64,000 nt of DNA, from contig OZ024741.1 of NCBI GenBank assembly GCA_964016885.1, forward strand, positions 197,532,001 to 197,596,000. Reading direction: 5' to 3'. Under the pieces are notes generated by a model. The model searched no databases, was not told the DNA's origin, and saw only the letters and a program-made list of their open reading frames with translations. Positions 14,068-28,460 of the stretch are shown here, piece after piece. Origin of the DNA: Eledone cirrhosa (Eukaryota). The first letter of the stretch is position 1. Every line of letters starts with the position of its first letter. The position numbers and the translations under genes were made by a program.

Positions 14068-14671
14068 ATCCCTCCACCACCATCACCAACAAGAACAATA
14101 ACACTACTAACACTACTATTACTACTACTACTACTACTACTACAAACACCACTAACAGTAACGACAACCATCAAGAACTAACAACAATAATAATACTATC
14201 ATCACTATCATCATCATCAACAAACAACACCCCATCACTACCTCCACCACCAACAACAACAATACTACTATCACCACCTCCACCACCAACAACACCAATA
14301 TCCTCCACCACCATCATCAACAACAACAATCATCACCACCAATAATGGACTTTGGCATAAGGCAAACAATTTTGGGGGAGGGGAAGTCGATTAAAGCGAT
14401 CCCAGTACATTACTGGTAATTTATTTTATCGACCCCGTAAGGATGAATGGCAAAGTTAACCTTGGCGGGATTAGAACACAGAAGGTAAAGGGCCTATCGT
14501 CATCACCACCACCACCACCACCACCACCACTAACAACAGCAACAACCAACTCCACCATCACCACCCCCGCCCCCACCAATAACAACAACGACCAACTCCA
14601 CCATCACCACCACCGCCACTGCCACCGCCACCACCACCACCACCACCACCACCACCACCACCACCACCACC

Positions 14672-14703
<32 letters not shown>

Positions 14704-14872
14704 CCAACTCCACCATCACCACCACCACCACCACCAACAACAACCAACTCCACCACCATCACCACCAACAACAAGAACCAGCTCCACCACCACCAACAAC
14801 AACAACAACCAGCTCCACCAACACCACCACCACCACCACCACCACTAACAACAACAACAACAACAACCAACT

Positions 14873-14903
<31 letters not shown>

Positions 14904-15220
14904 CCAACTCCACCATCACCACCACCAACAACAACAACAACCAGCTCCACCACCACCACCAACAACAACAACTCCCCCATCACCACCATCAACAACAACA
15001 ACAACAACAACAACAACCAACTCCACCATCACCACCAACACCACCACCAACAACAACAACAACCAGCTCCACCACCACCACCACCACCAACAACTCCCCC
15101 ATCACCCCCATCAACAACAACAACCAGCTACACCACCACCACCACCAACAAGTCCCCCATCACCACCATCAACAACAACAACAACAACCAGCTCCCACCA
15201 ACACCACCAGCACCACCACC

Positions 15221-15252
<32 letters not shown>

Positions 15253-15360
15253 CCAGCTCCCACCAACAGCACCAGCACCAACAACAACAACAACATCAAC
15301 AACATCTACCATCATCACTAACCCCCACCACCAATAACAACAACAGCAATAACAACATCA
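13924..15360 (+). repeat. Large compound (CAC/CAA/CAT) low-complexity tract with recurring ACCAACTCCACCATC sub-units
   Basis: Read directly; source of the spurious His/Pro/Thr/Gln ORFs. Confidence 0.93.
14345..14490 (-). mobile_element. SINE copy inside the trinucleotide tract
   Basis: Reverse complement of the SINE core and tail. Confidence 0.85.
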
Positions 15361-16153
15361 CGAAGACTTCCGACACCTCAACAACGGTCATCTTTAATAG
15401 TCTGTTTGCTAAAAGGACCAATTAACACGGGGTTCGGCGAAGAAAGCTTACATAGAACACTTAAACAAAGAATACTTTTGCCGCTAATCCTAACTTAGCT
15501 GCTTTAGTTAGTTCAGTACCGTATGTATGCACAACCAACCATGTAAAATATTCTACTTCCTCCTCCCCTCCTCCTACTTCTTCTTCTTCCCCTCCTCCTC
15601 CTACTCTTCTTATTCTTTTTCTCCTCCACCTTTTCCTCTTTGTTGATCGTTGTACTCTGTTCTCTCTCTTCGTTGTGTACTTTTCGGATTCAAACCTCTA
15701 CAACTTATAATTGTCGCCTGGATTGTATGATATTCTACAACAAACAAAAGACAACAACCTAACTGTCCGGCCATTTGCAGACTATGCATTGGAAATTTTT
15801 TTTTTGTTTTGTTTCATTTCCCCCCATGTCCTTTTGTGTTATAAATCCTTTCCCTCATATTTCTCTGTAGCAATTGATCGCTACTAGCTGTTGAAATGAG
15901 GAAACAATCATCGTGGATTTATTCTACCTTCACGGAGTTTCTCTTAACTTGTTACTATGCTCCATGCAGCTAGCTGGGGGAAAAACTTATGTTCTTATCA
16001 AGATAAGGGGGGAAATTCTGAACCAAGTAATACATATTTCACCTCACAGAACTACATACGTCCCATCTCAAAAATCTTACCCGCACAATTTTTGTTACAG
16101 GTAAACAATCCTCATAGACAAAACAAAAACTCCTAAAAATTTTGTTGAGAGTG

Positions 16154-16493
16154 ATGCCGCGGCCGGGAAATCATGGCTGTTTTTCATTCCTCCATTTACA
16201 GGAGGATAACGCTCGTTTCTTTTTGCTTTTCATTGTTATGATGGGCTACCTTTTGGTAGGAGCCGGTATCTTCACAATACTCGAGTCTCCAAACGAAGAG
16301 GCTGAACGGATAAAAATCAACGCATCGGTCGAGGCTTTTCTAGAAAAATACCCAGAGGCAAACCGCACAGATCTGGAGTTACTTTTACTCGAATATGCTC
16401 ACGCAAGTGCCGCCGGGTTCGTTGAAGGTAAATCGGCTCGTTGGGACTACGTTGGATCTTTTTACTTTGTTGGTACCGTTGTCTCAACTATAG
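16154..16493 (+). CDS. KCNK13: First coding exon of a THIK-type two-pore-domain K+ channel (KCNK12/KCNK13-like): M1, cap and P1
   Basis: MPRPG..LHLQEDNARFFLLFIVMMGYLLVGAGIFTILE..RWDYVGSFYFVGTVVSTIG matches the THIK signature (EDNARF, FYFVGTVVSTIG). Phase-1 donor G|GTAAGT lies inside the P1 TIG codon. Acceptor ttttgttacag| at 16100 gives a 53-nt 5'UTR segment. Symbol indicates family, not strict orthology. Confidence 0.93.
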
Positions 16494-16894
16494 GTAAGTG
16501 CTTGTCCCATTTTATCATCGTCCGCAAACACTGTTTTCTACTTGTCTTTATCATATATGGCTATGTATGTATGCATGCATGCATGCATGCATGTATGTAT
16601 GTATGTATGTATGTATGTATGTATGCATGCATGCATGCATGCATGTATGTATGTATGTATGTATGTATGTATGTATGTATGTATGTATGTGTGTATGTAT
16701 GTATGCATGTATGTATGTATGTATGTATGCTTGTATGTGTATGTTTGTATGAGCATGTCTGTATATATATATATATATATATAGACATGCTCAAACACAC
16801 ACATGTGTGTGTATATATATATATACACACACACACACATATATATACATACACACACACACACACACATATTTATATACATACATACGGGTAC

Positions 16895-16925
<31 letters not shown>

Positions 16926-16932
16926 CATTTAT

Positions 16933-16985
<53 letters not shown>

Positions 16986-17251
16986 CTCAACCGATGGTTG
17001 GAACAGATAAAAGAATAAAAGAATATTCATTTGATTAGGGGGGTCGGCGAGATTAAATATTTAACCATGATAAAGTGAGTATGTAAAGTCTACTTCGGTA
17101 CTGAGTATCTTTTCTCTCGGTTGTCAACAACATACGGCTATATATATATATATATATATCATTTGTACCGTTTCCTCTCACCCCCTTTTTTCTATATGTC
17201 TCTCCACCACTCCCCTACACACCCTTGGAACTCTCTTCCCACACACTTTTC

Positions 17252-17283
17252 ACCTGAAGAAGGGCTTATGCCCGAAACGTCGT
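17252..17283 (+). ncRNA. Minimal hammerhead ribozyme core (weak stem I)
   Basis: CTGAAGA-a-GGGC-ttat-GCCC-GAAA-CG-TC with palindromic stem III (ACGT); only 2 bp of stem I. Confidence 0.6.
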
Positions 17284-17369
17284 TCCCCACCACCACCCCA
17301 CTCTCAAGAGCGTGAAACTAATAAACCTTTGTTCGTACTGCCTCTCTGTTTTGTTGCTGTTCAATTTTT

Positions 17370-17419
<50 letters not shown>

Positions 17420-17421
17420 CG

Positions 17422-17489
<68 letters not shown>

Positions 17490-17523
17490 CGTTATATATA
17501 TATATATCGTTATATATATATAC

Positions 17524-17719
17524 GATAAAATAAAGTACCAGTAATGTACTGGGTATTTGCTGGCCTTGTGCCAAAAGTAGAAACAGTTATATATATATAC
17601 GATCTGAGTTCAAAACCCGCCGAGGTTGACTTTGCCTTTCATTCTTACGGGGTCGATAAAATAAAGTACCAGTAATGCACTGGGTGATTGCTGGCCTTGT
17701 GCCTAAAGTAGAAACAGTT
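17524..17719 (+). mobile_element. Two 5'-truncated SINE copies
   Basis: Core and tail match; similar fragments at 19540-19628, 20119-20208, 35668-35718. Confidence 0.85.
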
Positions 17720-17877
17720 ATATAAATATATATGTTATTTTAATAAATATTTGCTCTACCGTTCTTATATATCTGATATATATTTATCCTTATCGAGCCC
17801 TCTTTGGATTTTAGTCTTCAAATTTATTATTGTTATTACTATATATATATATATATATATATAGTTTTAATATAGAT

Positions 17878-17930
17878 GAGATTCTACAGGACTAGAACTG
17901 TTTCATTCATTAGAAATCATCAGGAATCTC
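17878..17930 (-). ncRNA. Type I hammerhead ribozyme (family B)
   Basis: Minus: GAGATTC-CTGATGA-tTTCtaatGAAt-GAAA-CAG-ttctagtc-CTG-TA^GAATCTC; 7-bp stem I. Confidence 0.82.
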
Positions 17931-18023
17931 TCTATATATATATATAGTAATAATAATAATAAATTTGAGGACTAAAATCCAAAGAGGGCTCGATAAGGAT
18001 AAATATATATCATATATATATAT

Positions 18024-18092
<69 letters not shown>

Positions 18093-18147
18093 TTTATAGA
18101 AGGAGCTTCTACAGGACTAGTACTGTTTCATTCAGATGAAATCTTCA

Positions 18148-18202
18148 GGAGCTTCCTGAAGATTTCATCTGAATGAAACAGTACTAGTCCTGTAGAAGCT
18201 CC
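18148..18202 (+). ncRNA. Type I hammerhead ribozyme (family B), mirrored on the minus strand at ~18102-18150
   Basis: GGAGCTTC-CTGAAGA-tTTCatctGAAt-GAAA-CAG-tactagtc-CTG-TA^GAAGCTCC; 8-bp stem I; inside the perfect palindrome 18088-18216. Confidence 0.85.
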
Positions 18203-18286
18203 TTCTATAAAATAAAAAAAATTTACTCTGCCATGTATTGAGTACCTTACTTACTGTGGTTATCCCCGACTCAACCCGGGACCTAC

Positions 18287-18380
<94 letters not shown>

Positions 18381-18532
18381 GCATTGTTTGGTTGTTGTGA
18401 AATACGTACAGGGAATTTCTATATTGTAGACCCATGTGTTTTAGGAACATGTATCCAAAGGAATCCCACCCCACATGCACACAGATAGAAACGCCATAAT
18501 ATATGTATACATTCATATATGTATATGTAAGT

Positions 18533-18657
<125 letters not shown>

Positions 18658-18842
18658 CATATATATATACATATATACATATATACATATATATATACAT
18701 GCATATATATATATATTTATATACACATATATATATATATATATATATACATACATATATATATACATATACATACATATATATATATATATATACATAT
18801 TTGCATATTGGGGATTATATATATATATATATATACACACAC

Positions 18843-18954
<112 letters not shown>

Positions 18955-19041
18955 GTGTGTATATATATATATATACAATCCCCACCCTCTCCTACCACCA
19001 GATAAGGAATGTCATAAATACTACCATTTACTTGGACAACC

Positions 19042-19092
19042 AGCTTCCTGGTGATTTCTCACGAATGAAACAGTTTTAGTTCTGTAGAAGCT
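19042..19092 (+). ncRNA. Hammerhead ribozyme, family B, core mutated (CTGGTGA)
   Basis: AGCTTC-CTGGTGA-tTTCtcacGAAt-GAAA-CAG..CTG-TA^GAAGCT. Confidence 0.7.
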
Positions 19093-19104
19093 CTTCTATA
19101 TTAA

Positions 19105-19162
<58 letters not shown>

Positions 19163-19163
19163 C

Positions 19164-19206
<43 letters not shown>

Positions 19207-20516
19207 TATATACACATATATATACACACACATATATATATATATGTGTGTATGTGTGTGTGTGTATAATTATATATATATATATATATATCTGTGTGAA
19301 TACACATATATAGGTATATGCTATACATATATACACATATAGTCACAGATGATCTCAGTATTAAAAGTGCGTTCTAAATCACATGAGTTCTAAAGTACGT
19401 CCTGTAAACTATAGTTACAGCCAATGCAACTTGTATCACAGGTGCACACGTCATGTGCAAACAGGTGCTAATAAACACACGCAGATCAGAAAGCCGAAAC
19501 AAACTATAGTCACATATAACCATGTATTATGACTTCTCAAATCCCGCCTTTTCATCCTTACGGGGGGTCGATAAAATATAGTACCAGTAATACACTGCTG
19601 GCCTTGTGCCAAAAGTAGAAACAATTATGGCTTCATACATGCATATACACAGAGAAAAATACAGATATACCTATATAAACATACATTATTAATGTATTAA
19701 CACACACACACACACCTGTAATTATATAATACTTGTAAAGAAGAAATACTTCATATCATAGAACTATTGGTTTTTTATAGGAAAAAACGCACACACATAC
19801 ATACACACACATATTATGTGTAATGTTAAACAACTAAATATACTGAAAAGTGTATGTATACAAAACTACTTACGATTGTAAACGCATACATGTATGCAAT
19901 GGCCACATTAACAAACTAAAATGCAATATATTTCTATTCTTTGAAGCTTTAGTCCATCAAAATTGATATGATCAGGTTAGGGTAGCACATAAAGGTGTGA
20001 AGGTCTGGTATTTGGTATGAGAAGGGACATACTACAAATCAGAAAATATCCCCGTGAACCAAGTCAAAGATGTTTTGATTCTCAATTATAGCTATTTTGT
20101 TTCTCTACTTTATTAGTATTTGCCTTTCATCCTTACGGGGTCGATAAAATAAAGTACCAGTAATGTACTGGAATGATTGCTGGTCTTGTGCCAAAAGTAG
20201 AAACAATTTTTACTGGAGAAACGTAGGAATGGATCTCTCATTATCTTTTATTCATTTCACTGTTTGTTTGTTTATTTTTCGCCTAAAGATCTGCGGCCGT
20301 GTACGTATGTAAACAAATCGTGCGAGAGCGAGGAGTGCTGCGAAGAGATGAACTGTGTGTGGCATGAATTCAAATTGTGACTGTAGACTTACGTCACACG
20401 TGATCTAGGGGAAATGAATGAACATCACAACGACTCATCCCACATCTCATTGTCATACTACTACTTCTGTAAGAAATACAACTTGGTGTACCATATAAGT
20501 ATAAAGAGGAAAATAA

Positions 20517-20567
<51 letters not shown>

Positions 20568-20685
20568 CTATCGATCTATCTATATATCTATTTACGTTTT
20601 TATTGTATGTAAACTTCCCCCTTTGTATTTGTCCCCTTCTTTTGTGCCCCTGTGGCTAATAAAGAAATATATCTATCTATTTATA

Positions 20686-20741
<56 letters not shown>

Positions 20742-20742
20742 G

Positions 20743-20775
<33 letters not shown>

Positions 20776-20902
20776 CTTCTATCTCCCCCACCCCTCACTC
20801 TCTCTCGTGCGCTAGCCTATGTATATATATATTTATACATATATATAGACTCTTTCGGCGTTAAATTATATATCATTTCAACATTGTATCGATCTCCCGA
20901 TT

Positions 20903-21004
<102 letters not shown>

Positions 21005-21024
21005 GCGTATATACATATATATAT

Positions 21025-21100
<76 letters not shown>

Positions 21101-21177
21101 TCCAGTCCTACAAACTGTTGAGTGGTACTTATCCGATATCTGCATTGCTTTATTGTACTACAACAAAACTCACCTCC

Positions 21178-21451
<274 letters not shown>

Positions 21452-21514
21452 AACATTAAAACTCCACTTAGGTATTGAGTACTCTTTTCTCTCGGCCATC
21501 AACCAACCACATAT

Positions 21515-21570
<56 letters not shown>

Positions 21571-21731
21571 ATATGTGGTTGACGGCCGAGAGAAAAGAGT
21601 ACTCAATACCTAAGTGGAGTTTTAATGTTTATTTAATTAAGGGTTATTCCTCTACAGTTTTGCCTGTTGAACCTGTCATAAACAGGCGAAACTCCCGAGT
21701 AACAAGACTCACTATTTATTCTAAATAAAAA

Positions 21732-21827
<96 letters not shown>

Positions 21828-21866
21828 CTGTGTACATATTCATACATGCTTATGTTTACAGAGAGA

Positions 21867-21960
<94 letters not shown>

Positions 21961-22179
21961 AAGAGAGAATAAGGAATAAAGTGGATGATATAGACTTAAA
22001 TATTTTGAGAATGATAAATGCAGTCTAGTGTTATGGGTGAGACGACAAAATGCGAAGGTGGACGGTTAGGGCAGAGGCATAGGATCAACAAGCAAAGGTT
22101 ATATATATATATATATATAAAATTAATATATATATATATATATATATATGAATATATATATGTTATATATATATATATG

Positions 22180-22232
<53 letters not shown>

Positions 22233-22349
22233 GAATATATATATGTTATATACACATATATGTCATATGTTAAATACATATATATATATATATGTTATAT
22301 ATACATATATGTACATATATATGTGTGTATATATATATATATATGTGTG

Positions 22350-22380
<31 letters not shown>

Positions 22381-22436
22381 TATATATAAATGAAAAGTAT
22401 AGAAATTGTTGTAGCGAGAAGCTAACAGTATTCCAT

Positions 22437-22490
<54 letters not shown>

Positions 22491-22542
22491 TATATATATA
22501 TAAATATATGTTATATATATATATATATAAATATACATATAT

Positions 22543-22716
<174 letters not shown>

Positions 22717-22881
22717 GTGTGTGTTTTGTACATATGTTATATATGGTATATATGGTATATATATATATATATATATATGTTATATATACATATATTTACA
22801 CACACACAAAAGACATATATATATATATATACACATACACACACACACACATATATATATACACACATACATATATATATG

Positions 22882-22970
<89 letters not shown>

Positions 22971-23123
22971 ATATATATATGTATGCATATAAGTATACTA
23001 ACCCAAGGTATATATATGCGATAAACGTAAGTAGATAAAAGTGATTCCTGTGGTCGAAATTATGGTATCTATAAGTGGAGGCTATTACTGTACGTGTGTA
23101 GGAAGACAATAGAAAGATAGAAG

Positions 23124-23165
<42 letters not shown>

Positions 23166-23209
23166 GTGATAGGTGGGTAGATAGATAGAGTGATAGATAG
23201 ATAGAGAGA

Positions 23210-23247
<38 letters not shown>

Positions 23248-23595
23248 AGTAGGGGTTATGTTTGTGGCTATTTTGTCTGATGCATATGTAGTATTTAGAA
23301 GAAACGAACCATAAAAAATGTGTGAGTGTATGTGTGAGTGAGTGTGTGTGTGTGTGAGTGTGTGTGAGTGTGTGTGTGAGTGTGTGTGTGTATGTGTGTG
23401 TGTCAAGGAAAGAAACAAAGAGAAAGTAAATGTTTGTATGTGCATGCGTGTGTACGTGCGTATGTGTATATGTGTACATTTGTGTACGTGTGAAATTGTA
23501 ACTGCATGGGTGGTGTGGCACTGTTGTCAGGTAAATGTATGTGGGTATGTAAGAGAGAGAGAGAGAGAGAGGGGGGAGAGAGAGAGAGGAAGGGG

Positions 23596-23645
<50 letters not shown>

Positions 23646-24077
23646 GAGTGTGAGTCGAATATGCATGTGTATGTGTGTGTACATAAGATGTATGGGTGTA
23701 TGTATAAATATGTATAAAGCGAGTGTAAGAGAGATTGTACTGAATATTAGTGTGTATACACATGAGACTGAGTGAAAAGGAAAAGGTAGAGAATAAGTAG
23801 ATGGAAGATAAAGTGATAGGTGACGTAGCGTATCTATCTATTGGTATACACACATACACACACATTTATATATATATATATATATATATATAACGTAAAT
23901 ACATACTTATGTGCACACACAGACAGACACGCATATATAAATATATGTATGTATGTATATAAATATATGTATGTATGTATATAAACATACATACTTATTT
24001 ATAAGTATGTATGTTTATATATATATATATATAATGTTTATATAAATAAACATACATATTTACACTCACGCACACGC

Positions 24078-24158
<81 letters not shown>

Positions 24159-24430
24159 CACACACAGACACAGACACACACACACACATACAGACGCGCG
24201 CACGCACACACACATATACATACACACACATATGCACACATACACACACACACATACACACACATATATATATATATATATAAGTATTAAGTTGTTAAAC
24301 AAAATTCGATGATTATGTCAAAGAATGAGTTTTACAGTAGATTGGAAGCACTCAACGGTAAATAATTTTCAGAAGTTATTAATATTAAAATATAAGTATT
24401 AATAAAATAGATGTTCTTTTGATCAATTGC

Positions 24431-24483
24431 ATTTTATTATACATATTTCGGATGTACAACAGTACGTCCTCATCAGACAAAAT
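24431..24483 (-). ncRNA. Type I hammerhead ribozyme (family C, left arm)
   Basis: Reverse complement of 24591-24643. Confidence 0.88.
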
Positions 24484-24495
24484 ATAATAATACAT

Positions 24496-24590
24496 GACTT
24501 TGCCTTTCATCCTTACGTGGTCGATAAAATAAAGTACCAGTAATGCACTGGGTAATTTGCTGGCCTTGTGCCTAAAGTAGAAACAATTAT
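24496..24590 (+). mobile_element. 5'-truncated SINE in the spacer of the family C palindrome
   Basis: SINE core and tail. Confidence 0.88.
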
Positions 24591-24643
24591 ATTTTGTCTG
24601 ATGAGGACGTACTGTTGTACATCCGAAATATGTATAATAAAAT
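24591..24643 (+). ncRNA. Type I hammerhead ribozyme (family C, right arm)
   Basis: ATTTTGT-CTGATGA-GGACGTAC-tgtt-GTACATCC-GAAA-tatgta-TA^ATAAAAT. Confidence 0.9.
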
Positions 24644-24683
24644 GTAATTGATCAAAAGAACATCTATTTTATTAATACTTATA

Positions 24684-24829
<146 letters not shown>

Positions 24830-24830
24830 A

Positions 24831-25107
24831 CGAAGGAAATGTGGTAAGGAACCAGGTGGACCATAACGCACCAAAGTACTCAATACTTAGGGTAGTAGAG
24901 TGGGTAATAGGAACGAGTAGGACCCCGACGGCTGAGCTCAAGCCGTTTCGACGGCTAATTCTGGACCCAGAATTGTCTGGTCCAGAATTAGCCGTCGAAA
25001 CAGCTTGAGCTCAGCCGTCGGGATCCTACTCGGGGTCCTTATATATATATAAGAACGAGTAGGACCCCGACGGCTGAGCTCAAGCTGTTTCGACGGCTAA
25101 TTCTGGA

Positions 25108-25109
<2 letters not shown>
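24831..25109 (-). mobile_element. Family E fold-back element plus an adjacent fragment
   Basis: Arms ~24915-24967 / 24979-25031; extra partial copy 25051-25109. Confidence 0.72.
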
Positions 25110-25151
<42 letters not shown>

Positions 25152-25686
25152 AAAACATGAGAAAGACAGACAGAGAGAGAGAGAAGGAGATTAAGAGAAG
25201 AATATATAGAGAGTAAAAGAGACAGGGAGAGAGTAGATGTGTATTATACAAGGATTTCCATCTTTAAAACCATTCCCAAGAAGGATCGATATTCCTGTCT
25301 TTGTTTTTCTGCAGTAGGAAGAAGTATATGTTTATTGATGCTGCAGCGTATACATATGTGTACCAAATGGGATTATATGTGTGTGCATGTGTGTCTGTAT
25401 TTATGTTTAAAACTGTTAATTTGTGTATGAGCGTATGGGTATGTATGTATGTATGTATGTATGTATGTATGTATGTATGTATGTATGTATGTATGTATGT
25501 ATGTATGTACGTATGTATGTATGTATGTATGTATGTATGTATGTATGTATGTATGTATGTATGTATGTACGTACGTACGTACGTATGTATGTATGTATGT
25601 ATGTATGTATGTATGTATGTATGTATGTATGTATGTACGTATGTATGTATGTACGTATGTATGTATGTACGTATGTATATACAAGT

Positions 25687-25720
<34 letters not shown>

Positions 25721-25811
25721 GTACATGTATGTATATATATATATATATATAAATATATATATATAATCCTAATTCATATATATATACATATATATATATA
25801 TACATGTATAT

Positions 25812-25904
<93 letters not shown>

Positions 25905-26332
25905 CATACATATATATATATTTAAATATACACCCGCATTCATTTATTCATTTATTTATTCATTTATTTATTCATTTATTTATTCATTTATTCATCTACA
26001 AATTAACATCTGATTACATAAAAATATAGATGTCAGACACGCACTGTGTGTACATATCAATATGTATGTATATATATATATATATATATAGTAAATCCAT
26101 GTGTGTGTGCGCCAATGTATGCATATATTAATCCGAGTGTGTGCGTGTGCACAAATGAGTGGGGTAGTCAATATATGCAGTAGGCAGATGTGTAGAGGTG
26201 ACGGTTAGATGCGATTGTATGTTTACCTATATATATATATCTGTGTTTGTGTATAGCTATATGCGCGTATATATTTCTATAATGTTATGCTTATATAAGT
26301 AGGCATGTACAGACACATACACGTGCACGCAC

Positions 26333-26435
<103 letters not shown>

Positions 26436-26619
26436 TATATATATATTCATCTATATATGTGTGTATATAGATATATGTACGTAAACATTTCTATAGTTAT
26501 GTAAACAGGCACACACAAGCACACACACTCTCTCGCTCTTTCTTTCTCTCACACGCACACACACACATACACGTACACACACACACACACACACCTGTTT
26601 ATATTTGTTTTATGAATAA

Positions 26620-28320
26620 AGTTGTTGTAGCGTTGCTGTAGATGTCTCTGGATACACACTCCTGTGTCTCACCAGTAGTTGTTGGAAATATAGACATGAT
26701 ACACAGATGTCATACCATGCTTTGGCTAAAGTGAGAACCATATTGCACACTCCAAAATACACTATTAAATCATATGGCACAAGCCGCATGATTCAATAGC
26801 ATATTTGCTCACACTTCATGATGTCAACAGATACTTGTACTAACATGGTGGACCTGGGAGATACGACAGTTGCTTCTTCTGTATTAACTAATGATAGTAG
26901 ATATCTCAGTCGAATATTTGTTATTTGTTGGCAAAGAACCAGTAAGTGTCTATGAATAGTTCATATTTATATTCGTCCAGGCAGAATGGAGGCTATTTTC
27001 TTATGTATTAGTAGTGATGTGAGGGCTAAGATTTTCTGTAGTATTAAACTGTGCTGGATCGACATATCTGCTACTTTCTTTGGCGTCTGTTTCAAACCAG
27101 ACGTAACCTCATCCCAGTTTCTACTACACATAAGCCGAAAGGGAGCTATTTCTGAAAGATGCGCCAGCGATGGCGAACGCTTAACTCGCCTTCGTTATAT
27201 ATTACCGCCTGACCATCGTGTGTTTCCCTAGTTTTCGAATATGTGTTCTTTCGTTTCTTGCGGAACGATCTAGTTCAATCGGTCAGCAGGTGGTTCACCT
27301 GTTGTCAACAGCGGACGGTGAACAGATGAGGTCGCTCTTTGTTACATACGTATTCCCACAATTCGCGTTTTTGACAGAACTGCAGTCGTAATTCAAGTGA
27401 AGTTCTAAAACAGAGGCCTGTTACCTGGAATGTTATCAGGGTCCTTAAGCCCTCTACCAGTCGGTAGAATTTCTATTAAGTATTCTATAGAGGGTTAATT
27501 ATCAAGAAGATCAACTACGTTCAAAGGAAATTCTGATCATAGACAAGACTCAAAAGACTGATCTATTCAGGAACCTTTCCGGCCTAGGCAATCTAGATAA
27601 CCAAAAGTCGCTGGCCTAACAGTGCTCGCTGGTGTATTAATGTTACGAGATAAAATCCACATGCAATGAAGTTCCATCAGCTGAGGTTGTTCGATGTGTA
27701 CAATGAGAGATGAAATCATGGTGTACAAGCATTGCTGCCTTGGCGAATTTTGTCAACGGCTGTTGTTACGTGTAAGACGGACCTAGTTCCCAGTCTATTA
27801 TGAAGATTGCTCTGCGAAGTCCAGCGTGAACATTACTCCGCTGCTTTCCATTGGCCTGCTCTAACGGGTAGATTTTTTCTGGCGAAAGATGTAATGGGAT
27901 GAATTTCACCGACAGGACTGTGTGACTGTGTAGTAAACATCACCTGAATAAAGGGATCTACTCACAGCATGTGTCTGTTGGACGGGCAGTGTTAGCTGGG
28001 TGTAAGCAGTTACCCTTGATAGCATAGATAATCCTCTATCTGAGGAATTCCTTGGTTGATTCTGGGTTGCGGTCCTTTTGTCTTGGGATTCTATCCCACA
28101 TTTGTATATTATTTGATTTGTATATTTATCTGATTTCTGTGTAAAATCAAATATTTGTAACCATGAACACATCAGTCAGTTGATTTTTGTCAATGCTCAG
28201 AATTTCCATTGGAGCTTACGTGCTTTAATAATTTATTAGTCCTCCGTGGAATATTAACTTGAAGTTCTACCGGCTGCAGTTGCCGACTCATAGACGTCTT
28301 AAATCATCTGGAAAACAAAT
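26620..28320 (-). mobile_element. Highly degenerate LINE (RT domain remnants)
   Basis: Weak QYG.. and ..YR..LLS-like remnants on minus near 26700-26930; non-repetitive island. Clade not assignable. Confidence 0.4.
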
Positions 28321-28339
28321 GTGACCTGCCACGGTTATT

Positions 28340-28460
28340 GGCAAATGGGACGAATGTTGCGAAAGTCGATAACAGCAGCTAAGATATTGTCGGTGGTGCG
28401 TGAGTGTGTGAAGGTCAAACCACCTGGTTTAGATGATCTATATTACGAGTTTTATGAATG
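28340..28460 (+). mobile_element. Tx1-like LINE fragment
   Basis: KSITAAKILSVVRECVKVKPPGLDDLYYEFY resembles the SPGLDGLPYELY region at 60730-60830. Confidence 0.6.

Noticed and set aside
14443-15321. 292-aa His/Pro/Thr/Gln-rich ORF
   Set aside because: Translation of a CAC/CAA tract starting inside an antisense SINE
16494-17038. Extension of the 298-aa ORF beyond the K2P P1 loop
   Set aside because: Read-through into intronic microsatellite after a canonical GTAAGT donor
20005-20030. TTTGGTATG as a possible start of channel exon 2 (FGM)
   Set aside because: No acceptor AG in the right place and the downstream translation is not K2P-like
21660-21710. Hairpin GCCTGTT/AACAGGC followed by GAAA-CTC-cc-GAG-TA
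   Set aside because: Only a 3' half-motif with no 5' core; not counted as a ribozyme
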